DNA of 64,000 nucleotides from a virus: positions 33,425 through 97,424 of IMG/VR virus record IMGVR_UViG_3300024344_003321. The stretch is one strand, 5' to 3'. The translations under genes and the position numbers were made by a program. Of the stretch, positions 28,227 through 38,943 are shown in pieces. The notes below the pieces were generated by a model, which saw nothing but the letters and a program-made list of their open reading frames with translations, was not told where the DNA came from and made no database searches. Numbering within the stretch: position 1 is the first letter of the stretch; the number at the start of each line of letters is the position of its first letter.

Positions 28227-29115
28227 AATATTAGTTACGGGTGGTAGTGGTTTGGTAGGTAAACACCTTAAAGATATTTTACCAGACGCTATTTATGTAT
28301 CATCCAAAAATTTTGATTTGATGGACATCAATCGTGTGGATGCAATGATTGACTTTTTCAGACCCAATATAGTTATTCACTTGGCAGCTAAAGTGGGTGG
28401 TATCATGGATAACATAACCTACCCAGTGGATTATTTAGAAGAAAACATTTTGATGAATACAAATATACTAAAAAAATGTCATGAATTTAAAGTGGATAGA
28501 GTTATAAGTATTTTAAGCACATGTATTTACCCAGACCATGTTGATACTTATCCGATGGTGGAAACAGATTTATTTAATGGACCACCAACACCAACTAATT
28601 TTTCATACGGGTTTGCAAAAAGATGCATGGCCACCCATATTGATTCTTATGTAAAACAATACAATAAAAAATGGTCTTATTTAATACCTTGTAATTTATA
28701 TGGAGAATATGATAAATATGAAGAACATAATAGTCATTTTGTATCTGCTTTAATTAAAAAAATATATGAGAATGATACTGAAATGACTCTATGGGGTACT
28801 GGTAAACCATTAAGGCAATTTATGCATGGTGGTGATTTGGCTAGAGTTATCAAATATATGATTGATAATAATATAGTTGGTAATTTTAATGTAGCTCCAC
28901 CAGAAGTGTATAGTATAGACGAAATTACAGAAATAGCAAAAAAAGCTTGTAATAAAGAAAATTTAGTTGTATATTATGATAATAATAAACCAGATGGACA
29001 ATTTAGAAAAGATGTTGATTCTTCCAAATTATTATCAATTCTAAAAGATTTTAAATTCACATCATTGGAAGATGGTATAAAAATTACTTATGATGCAGTA
29101 AAGGGTAAATTATGA
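28219..29115 (+). CDS. fcl: GDP-L-fucose synthase / ColC-like reductase
   Basis: TGGSGLVG, AAKVGGI, STCIYP, YGFAK, PCNLYG, GTGKPLRQF. Confidence 0.88.
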   Translation: MSKILVTGGSGLVGKHLKDILPDAIYVSSKNFDLMDINRVDAMIDFFRPNIVIHLAAKVGGIMDNITYPVDYLEENILMNTNILKKCHEFKVDRVISILSTCIYPDHVDTYPMVETDLFNGPPTPTNFSYGFAKRCMATHIDSYVKQYNKKWSYLIPCNLYGEYDKYEEHNSHFVSALIKKIYENDTEMTLWGTGKPLRQFMHGGDLARVIKYMIDNNIVGNFNVAPPEVYSIDEITEIAKKACNKENLVVYYDNNKPDGQFRKDVDSSKLLSILKDFKFTSLEDGIKITYDAVKGKL

Positions 29116-29687
29116 AGCATTTAAGATTACCAGAAAATTATTTAACTGACAGTAGTGTAGTATTTGACTTAGGTGGTTATAACGGCACTTATAGTGGACT
29201 AATACACAATATATGTGCATGTTCTATATTTTTATTTGAGCCAGTTGAAGGATATTATACTCATTGTGTTAATAGATTCAAGGGGAACGATAATATTAAA
29301 TGTTTTAATTATGGGTTAGGTAGTAATAATGAACTTATATCATTATATATTGGTGGTGATTCATCATCAATTTATAAAACAAAACAAAATACAGATGAAT
29401 TAGTATTATGCGAAATAAAACATTTTGGTGAGTTTATAAAACAAAATGAAATTAAACATATAGATTTGATTAAAATAAATATTGAAGGTGGTGAATATGA
29501 TTTATTAGAATATTTAATTGACGGTGGTGACATATTAAAAATAGGTAAACTCCAAATTCAATTTCATAACTTTGATAAAAATGCAGAAAAAAGAAAAAGA
29601 GAAATAGTAAAAAAATTAAAGGTAACCCATTCAATGGATTGGAAACAGGGTGAATGGACTTGGGAAGAATGGAGTTTAAAACAATGA
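29112..29687 (+). CDS. FkbM-family methyltransferase
   Basis: FDLGGYNG, FEPV, IDLIKINIEGGEY, QIQFH. Confidence 0.88.
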   Translation: MKHLRLPENYLTDSSVVFDLGGYNGTYSGLIHNICACSIFLFEPVEGYYTHCVNRFKGNDNIKCFNYGLGSNNELISLYIGGDSSSIYKTKQNTDELVLCEIKHFGEFIKQNEIKHIDLIKINIEGGEYDLLEYLIDGGDILKIGKLQIQFHNFDKNAEKRKREIVKKLKVTHSMDWKQGEWTWEEWSLKQ

Positions 29688-30838
29688 TAACTTTAGTAAA
29701 AGATACAATAGGTAATGATGATATTGACCAATTAATAGATTGGTTAAAAACTTATCCAAGATTAACAAAGGGTCCACTGACCATGGAGTTGGAAAAGAAG
29801 TGGTCTAAATGGTTAGGAAGAAAATATTCAGTATTTTGTAATTCAGGTTCATCTGCTAATCTTTTAATGTTGTCTGCATTAAAAGAAGGTCATTACATGA
29901 AAAACAATAAGGTGGTAGTCCCATCGGTTGCTTGGTCAACAGATTTAGCTCCCGTGATGCAATTAGGAATGGAACCTATTTTATGTGATTCTAACATAAA
30001 AGAGTTGTCAGTTGATTTAAATCATTTAGAACAATTATTTCAACTACACTCCCCATCAGCATTAATGTTTGTATCTGTATTGGGTTTAGTTCCTGATATG
30101 GAAAAAATTGTAAAGTTATGTTTGCAGTATAATGTAACATTGTTAGAAGATACTTGTGAATCAATGGGGTGTGAATATAAGAATAAGAAACTCGGGACTT
30201 TCAGTAAAATGTCAAGCTTTTCAACATATTTTGGACATCATATTTCAACAATTGAAGGTGGTTTTGTTACAACAGATGATGAAGAATTATATGAATTATT
30301 ATTATCATTGAGGAGTCATGGTTGGGATAGGGATTTAAGTAAAAGTTCACAAATTACTTTGCAACACGATTGGTCAGTATCAGAATTTGATGCTATGTAC
30401 ACTTTTTACCATCCTGGGTTTAATCTACGGTCCACAGATTTACAAGCATTTATTGGGATAAATCAAATAGACAAATTAGATGAATGGGGTGAAAAAAGAG
30501 AAAATAATTTTAAGTTATACCAAAAGTTAATAAAGAATGATTATTGGAAAGTGAATCCAACGCCCGATTCATTCATTTCCAATTTTGCTTATCCTATAAT
30601 TCATCCAAATAGAGATAAAATAGTAAAGAAATTACAAGACAATGATATTGAAGTTAGGCCAATGATATGTGGGTCAATGGGAACGCAGCCATTTTATATT
30701 AAGAAATATGGTAGATTAGAATTACCAAATGCATCTATAATCAATAAATACGGGTGCTATGTCCCCAACCATCCTCACTTGACTAATGATGAAATAAAGT
30801 TTATATGTAATATAATTAATGATGAGGTTACTGAGTGA
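29684..30838 (+). CDS. ColD-like GDP-4-keto-6-deoxymannose 3-dehydratase (DegT fold)
   Basis: NSGSSANLL, EDTCES, SFSTYFGHHISTIEGG (His at the usual Lys position), RSHGW, GFNLR. Confidence 0.78.
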   Translation: MITLVKDTIGNDDIDQLIDWLKTYPRLTKGPLTMELEKKWSKWLGRKYSVFCNSGSSANLLMLSALKEGHYMKNNKVVVPSVAWSTDLAPVMQLGMEPILCDSNIKELSVDLNHLEQLFQLHSPSALMFVSVLGLVPDMEKIVKLCLQYNVTLLEDTCESMGCEYKNKKLGTFSKMSSFSTYFGHHISTIEGGFVTTDDEELYELLLSLRSHGWDRDLSKSSQITLQHDWSVSEFDAMYTFYHPGFNLRSTDLQAFIGINQIDKLDEWGEKRENNFKLYQKLIKNDYWKVNPTPDSFISNFAYPIIHPNRDKIVKKLQDNDIEVRPMICGSMGTQPFYIKKYGRLELPNASIINKYGCYVPNHPHLTNDEIKFICNIINDEVTE

Positions 30839-31812
30839 AAACAGCTTTAATTACGGGAATAAACGGCCAAGACGGTTCTTATTTAGCAGAATTATTACTT
30901 GAAAAGGGGTACGAAGTCCACGGCATCTTAAAAAGAAATTCAGTAGCAGAGAATCAAACTGCGAGATTAGAAAATATATTTACACAATTGAATTTAGAAT
31001 ATGCGGATATGACAGACATGGCATCATTAATAAGTGTGTTACAGAAAGTCCAACCTGATGAAATATATAATTTAGCCGCACAGTCCCATGTTAGAATATC
31101 GTTTGACCAACCAATCTATACTACACAAACTATTGCAATTGGAACACTGAATTTATTAGAAGCTATACGGTTAGTGTGCCCAAAAACAAAAATGTATCAA
31201 GCATCATCATCTGAAATGTTTGGTAATAATATAGACATAGATGGGTATCAACGAGAAACAACACCAATGGATCCAGTGTCACCGTATGGGTGTGCTAAAG
31301 TATTTGGATACAACTTAGTTAGAAATTATAGAAATTCATATGGATTATTTTTAAGTAATGGTATTTTATTCAATCACGAATCGTCGCGCCGGGGTACTAA
31401 TTTTGTTACAAATAAGGTTGCAAAGGAGGCATGTAAAATAAAAATGGGGTTGTCAAATAGATTGACTTTAGGAAACTTAAATGCTAGTAGGGATTGGGGT
31501 CATGCTAAAGATTATGTTAAAGCCATGTGGTTGATATTACAACACGATACTCCAGATGATTTTGTATGTGCTACTGGGATATCTCATACTGTTAGAGATT
31601 TATGTGAATATGTGTTTGCCAGTTTGGATTTAGACTGGAAACAATATGTAAGTCAAGATGATAAATTTTACAGACCAGAAGAATTAGATATATTGAAAGG
31701 TGATTGTTCAAAAGCTAAAAAGATATTAGGATGGGAGCATAATTATACATTTAACACAATGTTGGATGAGATGATTAATTATTGGTTACATTATTATAGG
31801 AGTAAAGGGTGA
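30835..31812 (+). CDS. gmd: GDP-mannose 4,6-dehydratase
   Basis: ALITGINGQDGSYLA, AAQSHV, QASSSE, SPYGCAK, GILFNHES, RDWGHA. Confidence 0.96.
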   Translation: MKTALITGINGQDGSYLAELLLEKGYEVHGILKRNSVAENQTARLENIFTQLNLEYADMTDMASLISVLQKVQPDEIYNLAAQSHVRISFDQPIYTTQTIAIGTLNLLEAIRLVCPKTKMYQASSSEMFGNNIDIDGYQRETTPMDPVSPYGCAKVFGYNLVRNYRNSYGLFLSNGILFNHESSRRGTNFVTNKVAKEACKIKMGLSNRLTLGNLNASRDWGHAKDYVKAMWLILQHDTPDDFVCATGISHTVRDLCEYVFASLDLDWKQYVSQDDKFYRPEELDILKGDCSKAKKILGWEHNYTFNTMLDEMINYWLHYYRSKG

Positions 31813-32603
31813 ATAAAAAAAATGTAGTGTGGTGGGTAGGAATAAAAAATTCTGATTTATCTGATAAATATGGTGGGTTTGGATATTTTGAGTATTCAAG
31901 GAAATCATGGGAATATTGGTGTGAAAAAAATGATGTGTTATTTGTACCATTCGAGGAACCTACTGAGCAAGATTTAGTGAAATATAGAGTTAATTGGCAA
32001 AAGGCTATATTTGTGTTTGATGAATTAGATAAGCGAGATATAAATTATAATCAAATTGCATTAGTAGATAGTTCATCAATGATTAAATGGGATGCACCCA
32101 ATTTTTTCGATATGACTGGTGATAGGTTTACTGCATGGGTGGATAACGATAATTTAGGGTGGATAAATAATAGTATTGAGGGGTATAAATCTTATTTTGA
32201 CAATTTTGAGTTTGATATAGCTAAATATATCAGTTCGGGGTTTATGGTTTTTAACGAAAATCATCGAGAATTTTTTGAATCATTTAAGCAGTTGTATTTA
32301 AATAACATAGATGATTTTATAGAAGCACAAGACAATATTATAAAAAAAGGGACAGAACAAACCCCTATAAATTATTGGTTGCAAATTAAAAATATTGATG
32401 TTAATTTAGAGTTACCGATAGCGTTCAAATTAACACATTTGCATAGAAAAGAGATGTTTAGTTATAATTGGCAATTAAATGAAGATAAAACGCCATTTTT
32501 TATCAAATATGGGTATGTTTGGTTTTTTAATGGTATAGCTAAAAATGAGCGAACTAATTTAATGTCCCAAGTGTGGGCTGCAATAGGGAGTAAGTATGAG
32601 TAA
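31809..32603 (+). CDS. Putative GT-A glycosyltransferase (paralogue 1)
   Basis: SWEYWCEKND, VNWQK, LVDSS, APNFFD, YISSGF, TEQ. Confidence 0.65.
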   Translation: MNKKNVVWWVGIKNSDLSDKYGGFGYFEYSRKSWEYWCEKNDVLFVPFEEPTEQDLVKYRVNWQKAIFVFDELDKRDINYNQIALVDSSSMIKWDAPNFFDMTGDRFTAWVDNDNLGWINNSIEGYKSYFDNFEFDIAKYISSGFMVFNENHREFFESFKQLYLNNIDDFIEAQDNIIKKGTEQTPINYWLQIKNIDVNLELPIAFKLTHLHRKEMFSYNWQLNEDKTPFFIKYGYVWFFNGIAKNERTNLMSQVWAAIGSKYE

Positions 32604-33360
32604 AAATGTTGTTTTTGTATTAGCAGTTACAGTCCCAGAATATCCATGGCGAAGTAAACCATATGACTATGGGATAGCATCTTGGAAAAAATGGTGTGAA
32701 AAAAATGATTGTGAGTTATTTGTATTAGATAAACTAATACATCCAAATGAGCACATGAAGGTTAATTGGCAAAGATATTATGCATTTGATTTATTAGACC
32801 AAGAAGGTATCGATTATAACCAAATATTAGTGGTAGATGTGGATAGTATAATCCATCCAGATACACCTAACTTTTTTGATATGAGTGATGGTAAATTTTG
32901 TGCAACTCATTGTGATGGTAGTTATGATTGGACCCTCAGAAGTATGGAAAATTATTCCAAATATCTATTCAATAATAAAATGTTTCCATTTTGGAAGTAT
33001 ATTAATGCAGGGTTTCAAATAATAAATAAAACTCATAGACCGTTATATAAATCTATGATTGAATTTTATAATAACAATAGGGAAGCTATAATTGAGATGC
33101 AAAATACTTTTCATACTGGGACAGACCAACCTGTTTTGAATTTTATATTAAATTTATCTGATTTTGAAACTAAATTATTCCCATATCAATATAGTATGGT
33201 TGATATGTTTAGGAAGGAAATTTTAGATGAACAAATGACATTTGTAAAATGTGGTTGGATATACCAATTTAATGCTATACCTGATAATTCTAACGCTGAC
33301 AAAACGCTGTATTGGATGAAGAAAACTTATGAGTATTTTTATGGGGAGTTAAATGATTAA
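32596..33360 (+). CDS. Putative GT-A glycosyltransferase (paralogue 2)
   Basis: SWKKWCEKND, VNWQR, VDVD (DxD), TPNFFD, YINAGF, TDQ; tandem paralogue of the upstream ORF. Confidence 0.7.
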   Translation: MSKNVVFVLAVTVPEYPWRSKPYDYGIASWKKWCEKNDCELFVLDKLIHPNEHMKVNWQRYYAFDLLDQEGIDYNQILVVDVDSIIHPDTPNFFDMSDGKFCATHCDGSYDWTLRSMENYSKYLFNNKMFPFWKYINAGFQIINKTHRPLYKSMIEFYNNNREAIIEMQNTFHTGTDQPVLNFILNLSDFETKLFPYQYSMVDMFRKEILDEQMTFVKCGWIYQFNAIPDNSNADKTLYWMKKTYEYFYGELND

Positions 33361-34378
33361 AATTAAACATAAATTTGCTATTGGTTGCTTAGTTCAATGG
33401 TATGAAATCGAATTGATAGAGGAATATTTACAGAGCGTTAAGGCCGCAGTCGATGTGATTGAAAATAAAAAAAATATAGTAATTGATTTATATTTTAATT
33501 GCTCCCAATCATTGGAAAAGATTGATGATGAACAAATCACTATGGTGTCTATAAAAAATAAATATAAGAAAATATTGAATGATATTTTTAACTATGATGT
33601 TGATTGTGATTTAGCATTAGGATGTGAATATAACTTAAATTTAATCATCAATGATGAGAATATTATTTATACGATAGCAGACTATCGTAGGGATTTTAAT
33701 AACAACTATTGTGAAAAAGTAGATGTTTTGATGTGGGGTGAAACTGATTCATTGATACCAAAACAGACATTTCAAGTATTGGATTCCTTACATAATTCGG
33801 CTCGTGATAGTGAAATTTATAAATATGTAGCCTTTTTTGGGACTTGTAAGATGTGGGATAAAAGCTGGGAACCAGTTGAGCATACAGAGTTCACCATCAA
33901 AGAACATAAAGAAGATTTACAGGGAGCCCCAGTACCTTGGTGGGATGTCAGGCATAATTCTACACTTGATGAAATGAATGCTATTAATGATAAGGTGGAT
34001 GATATAGATATAAGAATATTAAAACAGCCAAAATTTAATGGTTGTGGGTTAGTTATATCAGCCGATTTGATTAGAGCTGGAGTAAATATACCAAAGTCAG
34101 TGTTTTTTGTACATGAAGATACAGCATTCCAAAATATATTTACTAAGTTAATGGGAGACCATACCATCCAATTTGTGATAAAAAATATATTTTTAGTTCA
34201 TAATAGACGGCACCCTAAAAAACGAATGTATGTTTTAGGTGAAAGTGGTGAAACTGTAAATAGACAGAGAATGAGCAACGATTGGTATGCTAAAGGAAAT
34301 AAATGGTGTGAATATAATGCTTATAATATGTTCAACCAAGTGAAGGAATACACATGGGAAGATATATTTAATGAATAA
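33353..34378 (+). CDS. Putative GT2-like glycosyltransferase
   Basis: WGETD, FNGCGL, VHEDTAF, LVHNR. Confidence 0.5.
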   Translation: MIKIKHKFAIGCLVQWYEIELIEEYLQSVKAAVDVIENKKNIVIDLYFNCSQSLEKIDDEQITMVSIKNKYKKILNDIFNYDVDCDLALGCEYNLNLIINDENIIYTIADYRRDFNNNYCEKVDVLMWGETDSLIPKQTFQVLDSLHNSARDSEIYKYVAFFGTCKMWDKSWEPVEHTEFTIKEHKEDLQGAPVPWWDVRHNSTLDEMNAINDKVDDIDIRILKQPKFNGCGLVISADLIRAGVNIPKSVFFVHEDTAFQNIFTKLMGDHTIQFVIKNIFLVHNRRHPKKRMYVLGESGETVNRQRMSNDWYAKGNKWCEYNAYNMFNQVKEYTWEDIFNE

Positions 34379-35213
34379 TTTTAAATTGGGTAATAATAGT
34401 AAAATTTCTTGTCCTCAAATGGAGATAGATGATTCTGTTGTAATAGGTAACAATGTACATATAAAATGTGAAACTATAAAAATTGGTAAATTTTCAGTGA
34501 TTGGTGACAATGTTCAAATAACATGTAACCGTTTTGAAGCTGATGATTGGTTATATATGTGTGATGGAGTCGAAGTTGGTAGAGGTGGTTGTAATGGGCC
34601 AAATTCAAATGTCAAAATAGGTAAACATGTAGGGATATTTGAAAACACAATTATCAACCCATCAGAATCAGTTGAAATAGGTGATGATGTTGGTATAGGT
34701 GCTGAAGTTATGATTTGGACACATGGGGCGTGGTTAGATGTATTACAGGGGTTCCCCTCAGATTTTGGGCCAGTTAAAATTGGAAATAATGTGTGGTTGC
34801 CAGCAAGAAATATAGTTTTACCTAATGTAACTATTGGTGATAATTCAGTCATTGGGATTGGTTCAATAATAAATAAAGATATTCCGGCCGGCTCTTTAGC
34901 AGTAGGGTCACCATGTAAAGTCATAAAAGAAAATTATTACCCAAAAAAGATAAGTGAAGTTGAACAAAGCCAGATAATACAAGGTATTATATCTGATTGG
35001 AATAAATTACATGAAATAAAAAAAATAACAGATACAATAACAAAATATGAAAATGGAAAAATAATACTTGTTCAGCAAAATATGTACACTATTTATTATA
35101 TAGATGATAGAAAAATCGATGGATACATTAATGATGTTTCGGAAGATTTACGAGATTATTTAAGAAGAAGAGGTATAAAAATTTATACTGATAGGTTATT
35201 TAAATCAATTTAA
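34371..35213 (+). CDS. Hexapeptide-repeat (left-handed beta-helix) acyltransferase
   Basis: Repeated VxIG units, IWTH, PVKIGNNVW, VTIGDNSVIG. Confidence 0.88.
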   Translation: MNNFKLGNNSKISCPQMEIDDSVVIGNNVHIKCETIKIGKFSVIGDNVQITCNRFEADDWLYMCDGVEVGRGGCNGPNSNVKIGKHVGIFENTIINPSESVEIGDDVGIGAEVMIWTHGAWLDVLQGFPSDFGPVKIGNNVWLPARNIVLPNVTIGDNSVIGIGSIINKDIPAGSLAVGSPCKVIKENYYPKKISEVEQSQIIQGIISDWNKLHEIKKITDTITKYENGKIILVQQNMYTIYYIDDRKIDGYINDVSEDLRDYLRRRGIKIYTDRLFKSI

Positions 35214-35225
35214 AAGAGGTTATAT

Positions 35226-35924
35226 ATGCCACCATATCCAATAGTTTTAAACGATAAAGAATTTAGATTATTAGATTTTAGTAAAGTGTTATGTTTGTCT
35301 CCACACCCAGATGATATTGAATATGCAATGCTGGGTTCGATGATAAAATTTAAAAATACACAATTTGATATTATAGTAACATCGCAGGGTGGTGATTTTG
35401 ATGATACCTCTGCAGTTAATAGACATGATGAATGTAGTTCGATATGGGAATTATATTCTAATATTTCAGGTAAATTTTTAGATGTGAAGTATGTAAAAGA
35501 TGTTGGTGAAGATGAATTAATTAATAAAATAGAAAGTTTAGTAACGGTATCTGATTATGATGCTATATTCGTACCACCTGCTGAAGATGCACACTTTGAA
35601 CATAGGTTTATAAACACAATATCGGATGCATTAGTTCGTAGAAAGTCATGTGGTATAATAAATTATAAAACACCAAGTACATTGGAAAAATGGGAACCAA
35701 ATTTTTTCGTTGACTTAGATTTAGATGTCCGTCGCAGTGATGTTAAAACTCCATATAATATAGTATGGTATAAAAAATTAAGTGGTTTAAAAAAGTTTAT
35801 ATCACAGCAGCATAAGTCATTTTTTAATGAGGATGTATTAACAGATTTTCATAGAGTGTATCAATGTTCAATGCGAGGGTTGTCACATGTCGAATCATTT
35901 AAATTAATCAAAGGATATTTTTAA
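35226..35924 (+). CDS. PIG-L/LmbE-family deacetylase
   Basis: LSPHPDDIE, R.DE, DAHFEH. Confidence 0.82.
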   Translation: MPPYPIVLNDKEFRLLDFSKVLCLSPHPDDIEYAMLGSMIKFKNTQFDIIVTSQGGDFDDTSAVNRHDECSSIWELYSNISGKFLDVKYVKDVGEDELINKIESLVTVSDYDAIFVPPAEDAHFEHRFINTISDALVRRKSCGIINYKTPSTLEKWEPNFFVDLDLDVRRSDVKTPYNIVWYKKLSGLKKFISQQHKSFFNEDVLTDFHRVYQCSMRGLSHVESFKLIKGYF

Positions 35925-36859
35925 TGAAAATAGGTTTTTTTACTGAAGGTGGATATACAGGAAAAGTTCCAAGAGAAAATCCTAATATGCGAACTGATAT
36001 GGCCTGGATACATGCACTTGGTGCAGTTCATCACCCATTAACTGCATTAAATGGGTTACCCGATAATTTATATGACATTGGTATTGTAATAATACCTAAA
36101 AAGCGACAGCATTTAATCGAATATCCATTAGTTGAAACATTAAAACGGATATGTAATAAAGTTATATCTATGCAAGAAAGTACATATTGGTATTGGCAAG
36201 ATGACCCTATAGCAGAACAAATTTGGTATTTCAATGTATTAGCTGATATGGATATGATTTTATGTCATAATGATTTGGATTTACAATATTATAGAGGTAT
36301 AGTTGGTGATAAATGCCATTTGATGCAATCATTGATGATAACCGATAATATAAAAGTTAGTGATACTAAAACTAATAGTGTCATGATAGGTGGTAACTTT
36401 GTTAGTATTTATAGGGGGTTCGACTCGTATATGGTAGCACGCGAGCTCGCTGATGATATATGGGCACCGACAACTGGTAGAATGAAAAAAGATGAAACGG
36501 GATTAGACATCAATCATTTACCTTGGGTAACTTGGCGCGATTGGATATTTGAATTATCTAAGCATAAATATGGTGTACAATTAGGGACTCCATCTGCAGG
36601 TACATTTAATTTAAATTGCTCATATCTTGGGATACCGTGTATCGGATATGATAATGTAAATACTCAAAGTATATTACATCCTGCATTATCTGTTTCAGAT
36701 GGTGATATATATAGTGCTAAAAAGTTAGCTAAAAGATTAAAAACAGATATAAAATTTTATGAGCGGTGTTCAAACCAAACTAAGGATTTATATAAAAAAC
36801 ATTATTCAGAACAAATATTTTTAAACAAAATGATAGGAATTTTCAATGAGACCAATTAG
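35924..36859 (+). CDS. Putative GT-B glycosyltransferase
   Basis: W..WIFELS, SAGTFNLNCSYLGIPCIG. Confidence 0.55.
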   Translation: MKIGFFTEGGYTGKVPRENPNMRTDMAWIHALGAVHHPLTALNGLPDNLYDIGIVIIPKKRQHLIEYPLVETLKRICNKVISMQESTYWYWQDDPIAEQIWYFNVLADMDMILCHNDLDLQYYRGIVGDKCHLMQSLMITDNIKVSDTKTNSVMIGGNFVSIYRGFDSYMVARELADDIWAPTTGRMKKDETGLDINHLPWVTWRDWIFELSKHKYGVQLGTPSAGTFNLNCSYLGIPCIGYDNVNTQSILHPALSVSDGDIYSAKKLAKRLKTDIKFYERCSNQTKDLYKKHYSEQIFLNKMIGIFNETN

Positions 36860-38042
36860 TTTTATCCAACCATCACGGAACAATCTAAAATACCTACAAT
36901 GGTCATACAATTCTATAAGAAAGAATTTAGACCCAATGCACGAAATATGTATGGCAGATGATTTTTCAGATGATGGAACTTGGGAATGGATGCAAGAAAT
37001 TACTAAAAAAGATAAAAATGTAAAGATACATAGAAACGAAGGTCCAACAAGATTGGGTCATACAATTCTATATGATACATTGATTAACGATTATGCTACA
37101 AACGATATTGTTATGATTTGGCATGCGGACATGTACGCATCTCCAGGGTTAGATAGGGAGATAAATGTACATATAGCTCCTGGTAAAGTAGTTAGTGCTA
37201 CAAGAATAGAACCACCATTACATCCTCCAGGGCCTGAAAAGATACTTAAAGATTTTGGTATAGAACCTGAGGAATTTGATGAGGTTGGTTTCATGAAATT
37301 TGCGAATAAGAATGCAGACGAAAATAGTTATAAATGTACTCGAGGTGTATTTGCTCCATGGGCTATCTATAAATCAGACTTTCAGAAGATTGGTGGACAC
37401 GACCCATTATATGCTCCTCAATCAAAAGAAGATTCCGATATATTCAATAGATTTGTGTTGGCTGAATATGAACTAATTCAAACTTGGGCTGGCACCGTTT
37501 ATCACATGACTTGTAGAGGGAGTAGATTTGCTGATGGGGCTAAACGAAATCCAGATGGTGAGGTATTTATGAAGAACAGAGAAACGAGTGAATGGTTAAT
37601 ACAGAATGAGCGGAGCACACGAAACTTTATCCGTAAATGGGGTCACTTTGTACAGCACGATGAATATCTAAAACCAATCATACCACCAAAATACAATATC
37701 GGGTTTGTTATAAAGAATTGTAATCGTCAGATATTAGAAACACTTGAACCTTGGTGTTCAACAATCTATACAGATTTTGCATGGGAAGATTATAAACAGC
37801 GAGAACAAGTAAATACATTATACAATTTGAATGACCGTGTATATTCAATCCACGCTGAAAAGAATAATGATATACTTGTTAGGTTTGATGGTAAACAATT
37901 AACAAATGAAAGCTTTAACTTTCTAACATCATTACCTGATATAATACGGGATAGTGGTGAATTAGGTGAATTTGAGTTAGATATATTTGAAATAACAATA
38001 AATAGTTTAAAAACTTATGAGGAGGAATTAATACATGTATAA
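36846..38042 (+). CDS. GT2 glycosyltransferase
   Basis: ISFIQPSRN, ADDFSDDGT, WHADM, IGGHD, EDSD, YH. Confidence 0.88.
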   Translation: MRPISFIQPSRNNLKYLQWSYNSIRKNLDPMHEICMADDFSDDGTWEWMQEITKKDKNVKIHRNEGPTRLGHTILYDTLINDYATNDIVMIWHADMYASPGLDREINVHIAPGKVVSATRIEPPLHPPGPEKILKDFGIEPEEFDEVGFMKFANKNADENSYKCTRGVFAPWAIYKSDFQKIGGHDPLYAPQSKEDSDIFNRFVLAEYELIQTWAGTVYHMTCRGSRFADGAKRNPDGEVFMKNRETSEWLIQNERSTRNFIRKWGHFVQHDEYLKPIIPPKYNIGFVIKNCNRQILETLEPWCSTIYTDFAWEDYKQREQVNTLYNLNDRVYSIHAEKNNDILVRFDGKQLTNESFNFLTSLPDIIRDSGELGEFELDIFEITINSLKTYEEELIHV

Positions 38043-38883
38043 AATAGGTATAGTAGGTAAAGGTTTTGTGGGTTCAGCAGTACAGTTCGGATTTTCACCA
38101 AATGTTGGGTGTGATGCTGAAGTTCGTATATATGATAAAGACCCAGATAAATCGACACATTCATTATATGAAACTGTGAATGAATCAGATTTTATTTTTG
38201 TTTCAGTACCAACTCCAGCTAATCCAGATGGTTCAATGAATTTGAGTATAGTACATAGTGTATTTTCTGACATATCAAGGGTTAATCGTAGAACAGATAA
38301 TATAATGCTATTAAGGTCAACTGTGGTACCGGGCTCAACGGCATCTATACAGGAAAAATTTAAAGGTATTAACATTGTATTTAACCCAGAATTTCTTACA
38401 GAAAGGTCAGCTAAATTTGATTTTATTAACCAATCGAGGATTATCTTGGGTGGTAAAAATTCTCATACTTTGAAAGTGTCTAAATTATTTAAACAACGGT
38501 TTGGTGAAACTATACCAGTTATACGAACTAATTTTGAAACTGCCGAGATTATAAAGTATATGACTAATTGTTATTTAGCTACAAAGGTTTCTTTTTTAAA
38601 TGATATGAAACGGATATCGGATAATTCTAATGTAGATTGGGATATGGCTATAGAAGGATTTGTCAGAGATGGTAGAGTAGGGCACACCCATTTATCAGTT
38701 CCAGGACCAGATGGTAAATTGGGTTTCGGGGGGTCATGTTTTCCAAAAGATGTTCAAGCAATGATAACTTATGCTGAAAGTATTGGGGTTGATGCAAATG
38801 TATTAAAGGGTGCTTGGGAAACAAATTTACAAGTAAGGCCAGAAGAAGATTGGAAGGATTTAAAGGGTAGAGCAGTTGTATAA
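38035..38883 (+). CDS. UDP-glucose/GDP-mannose dehydrogenase family (short form)
   Basis: GKGFVG, VPTP, RSTVVPG, NPEFL, AEIIK, GFGGSCFPKD; lacks the C-terminal UDP-binding domain. Confidence 0.9.
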   Translation: MYKIGIVGKGFVGSAVQFGFSPNVGCDAEVRIYDKDPDKSTHSLYETVNESDFIFVSVPTPANPDGSMNLSIVHSVFSDISRVNRRTDNIMLLRSTVVPGSTASIQEKFKGINIVFNPEFLTERSAKFDFINQSRIILGGKNSHTLKVSKLFKQRFGETIPVIRTNFETAEIIKYMTNCYLATKVSFLNDMKRISDNSNVDWDMAIEGFVRDGRVGHTHLSVPGPDGKLGFGGSCFPKDVQAMITYAESIGVDANVLKGAWETNLQVRPEEDWKDLKGRAVV

Positions 38884-38891
38884 AAAAAGAC

Positions 38892-38921
38892 TTGTTTTAT
38901 ATATATATTTTGTTGTAAATT
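38892..38921 (+). promoter_or_regulatory. Putative sigma70-like promoter
   Basis: TTGTTT-N18-TAAATT in an intergenic gap, followed by AGGAGG RBS. Confidence 0.4.
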
Positions 38922-38943
38922 ATATCATGGTAGGAGGATTATA

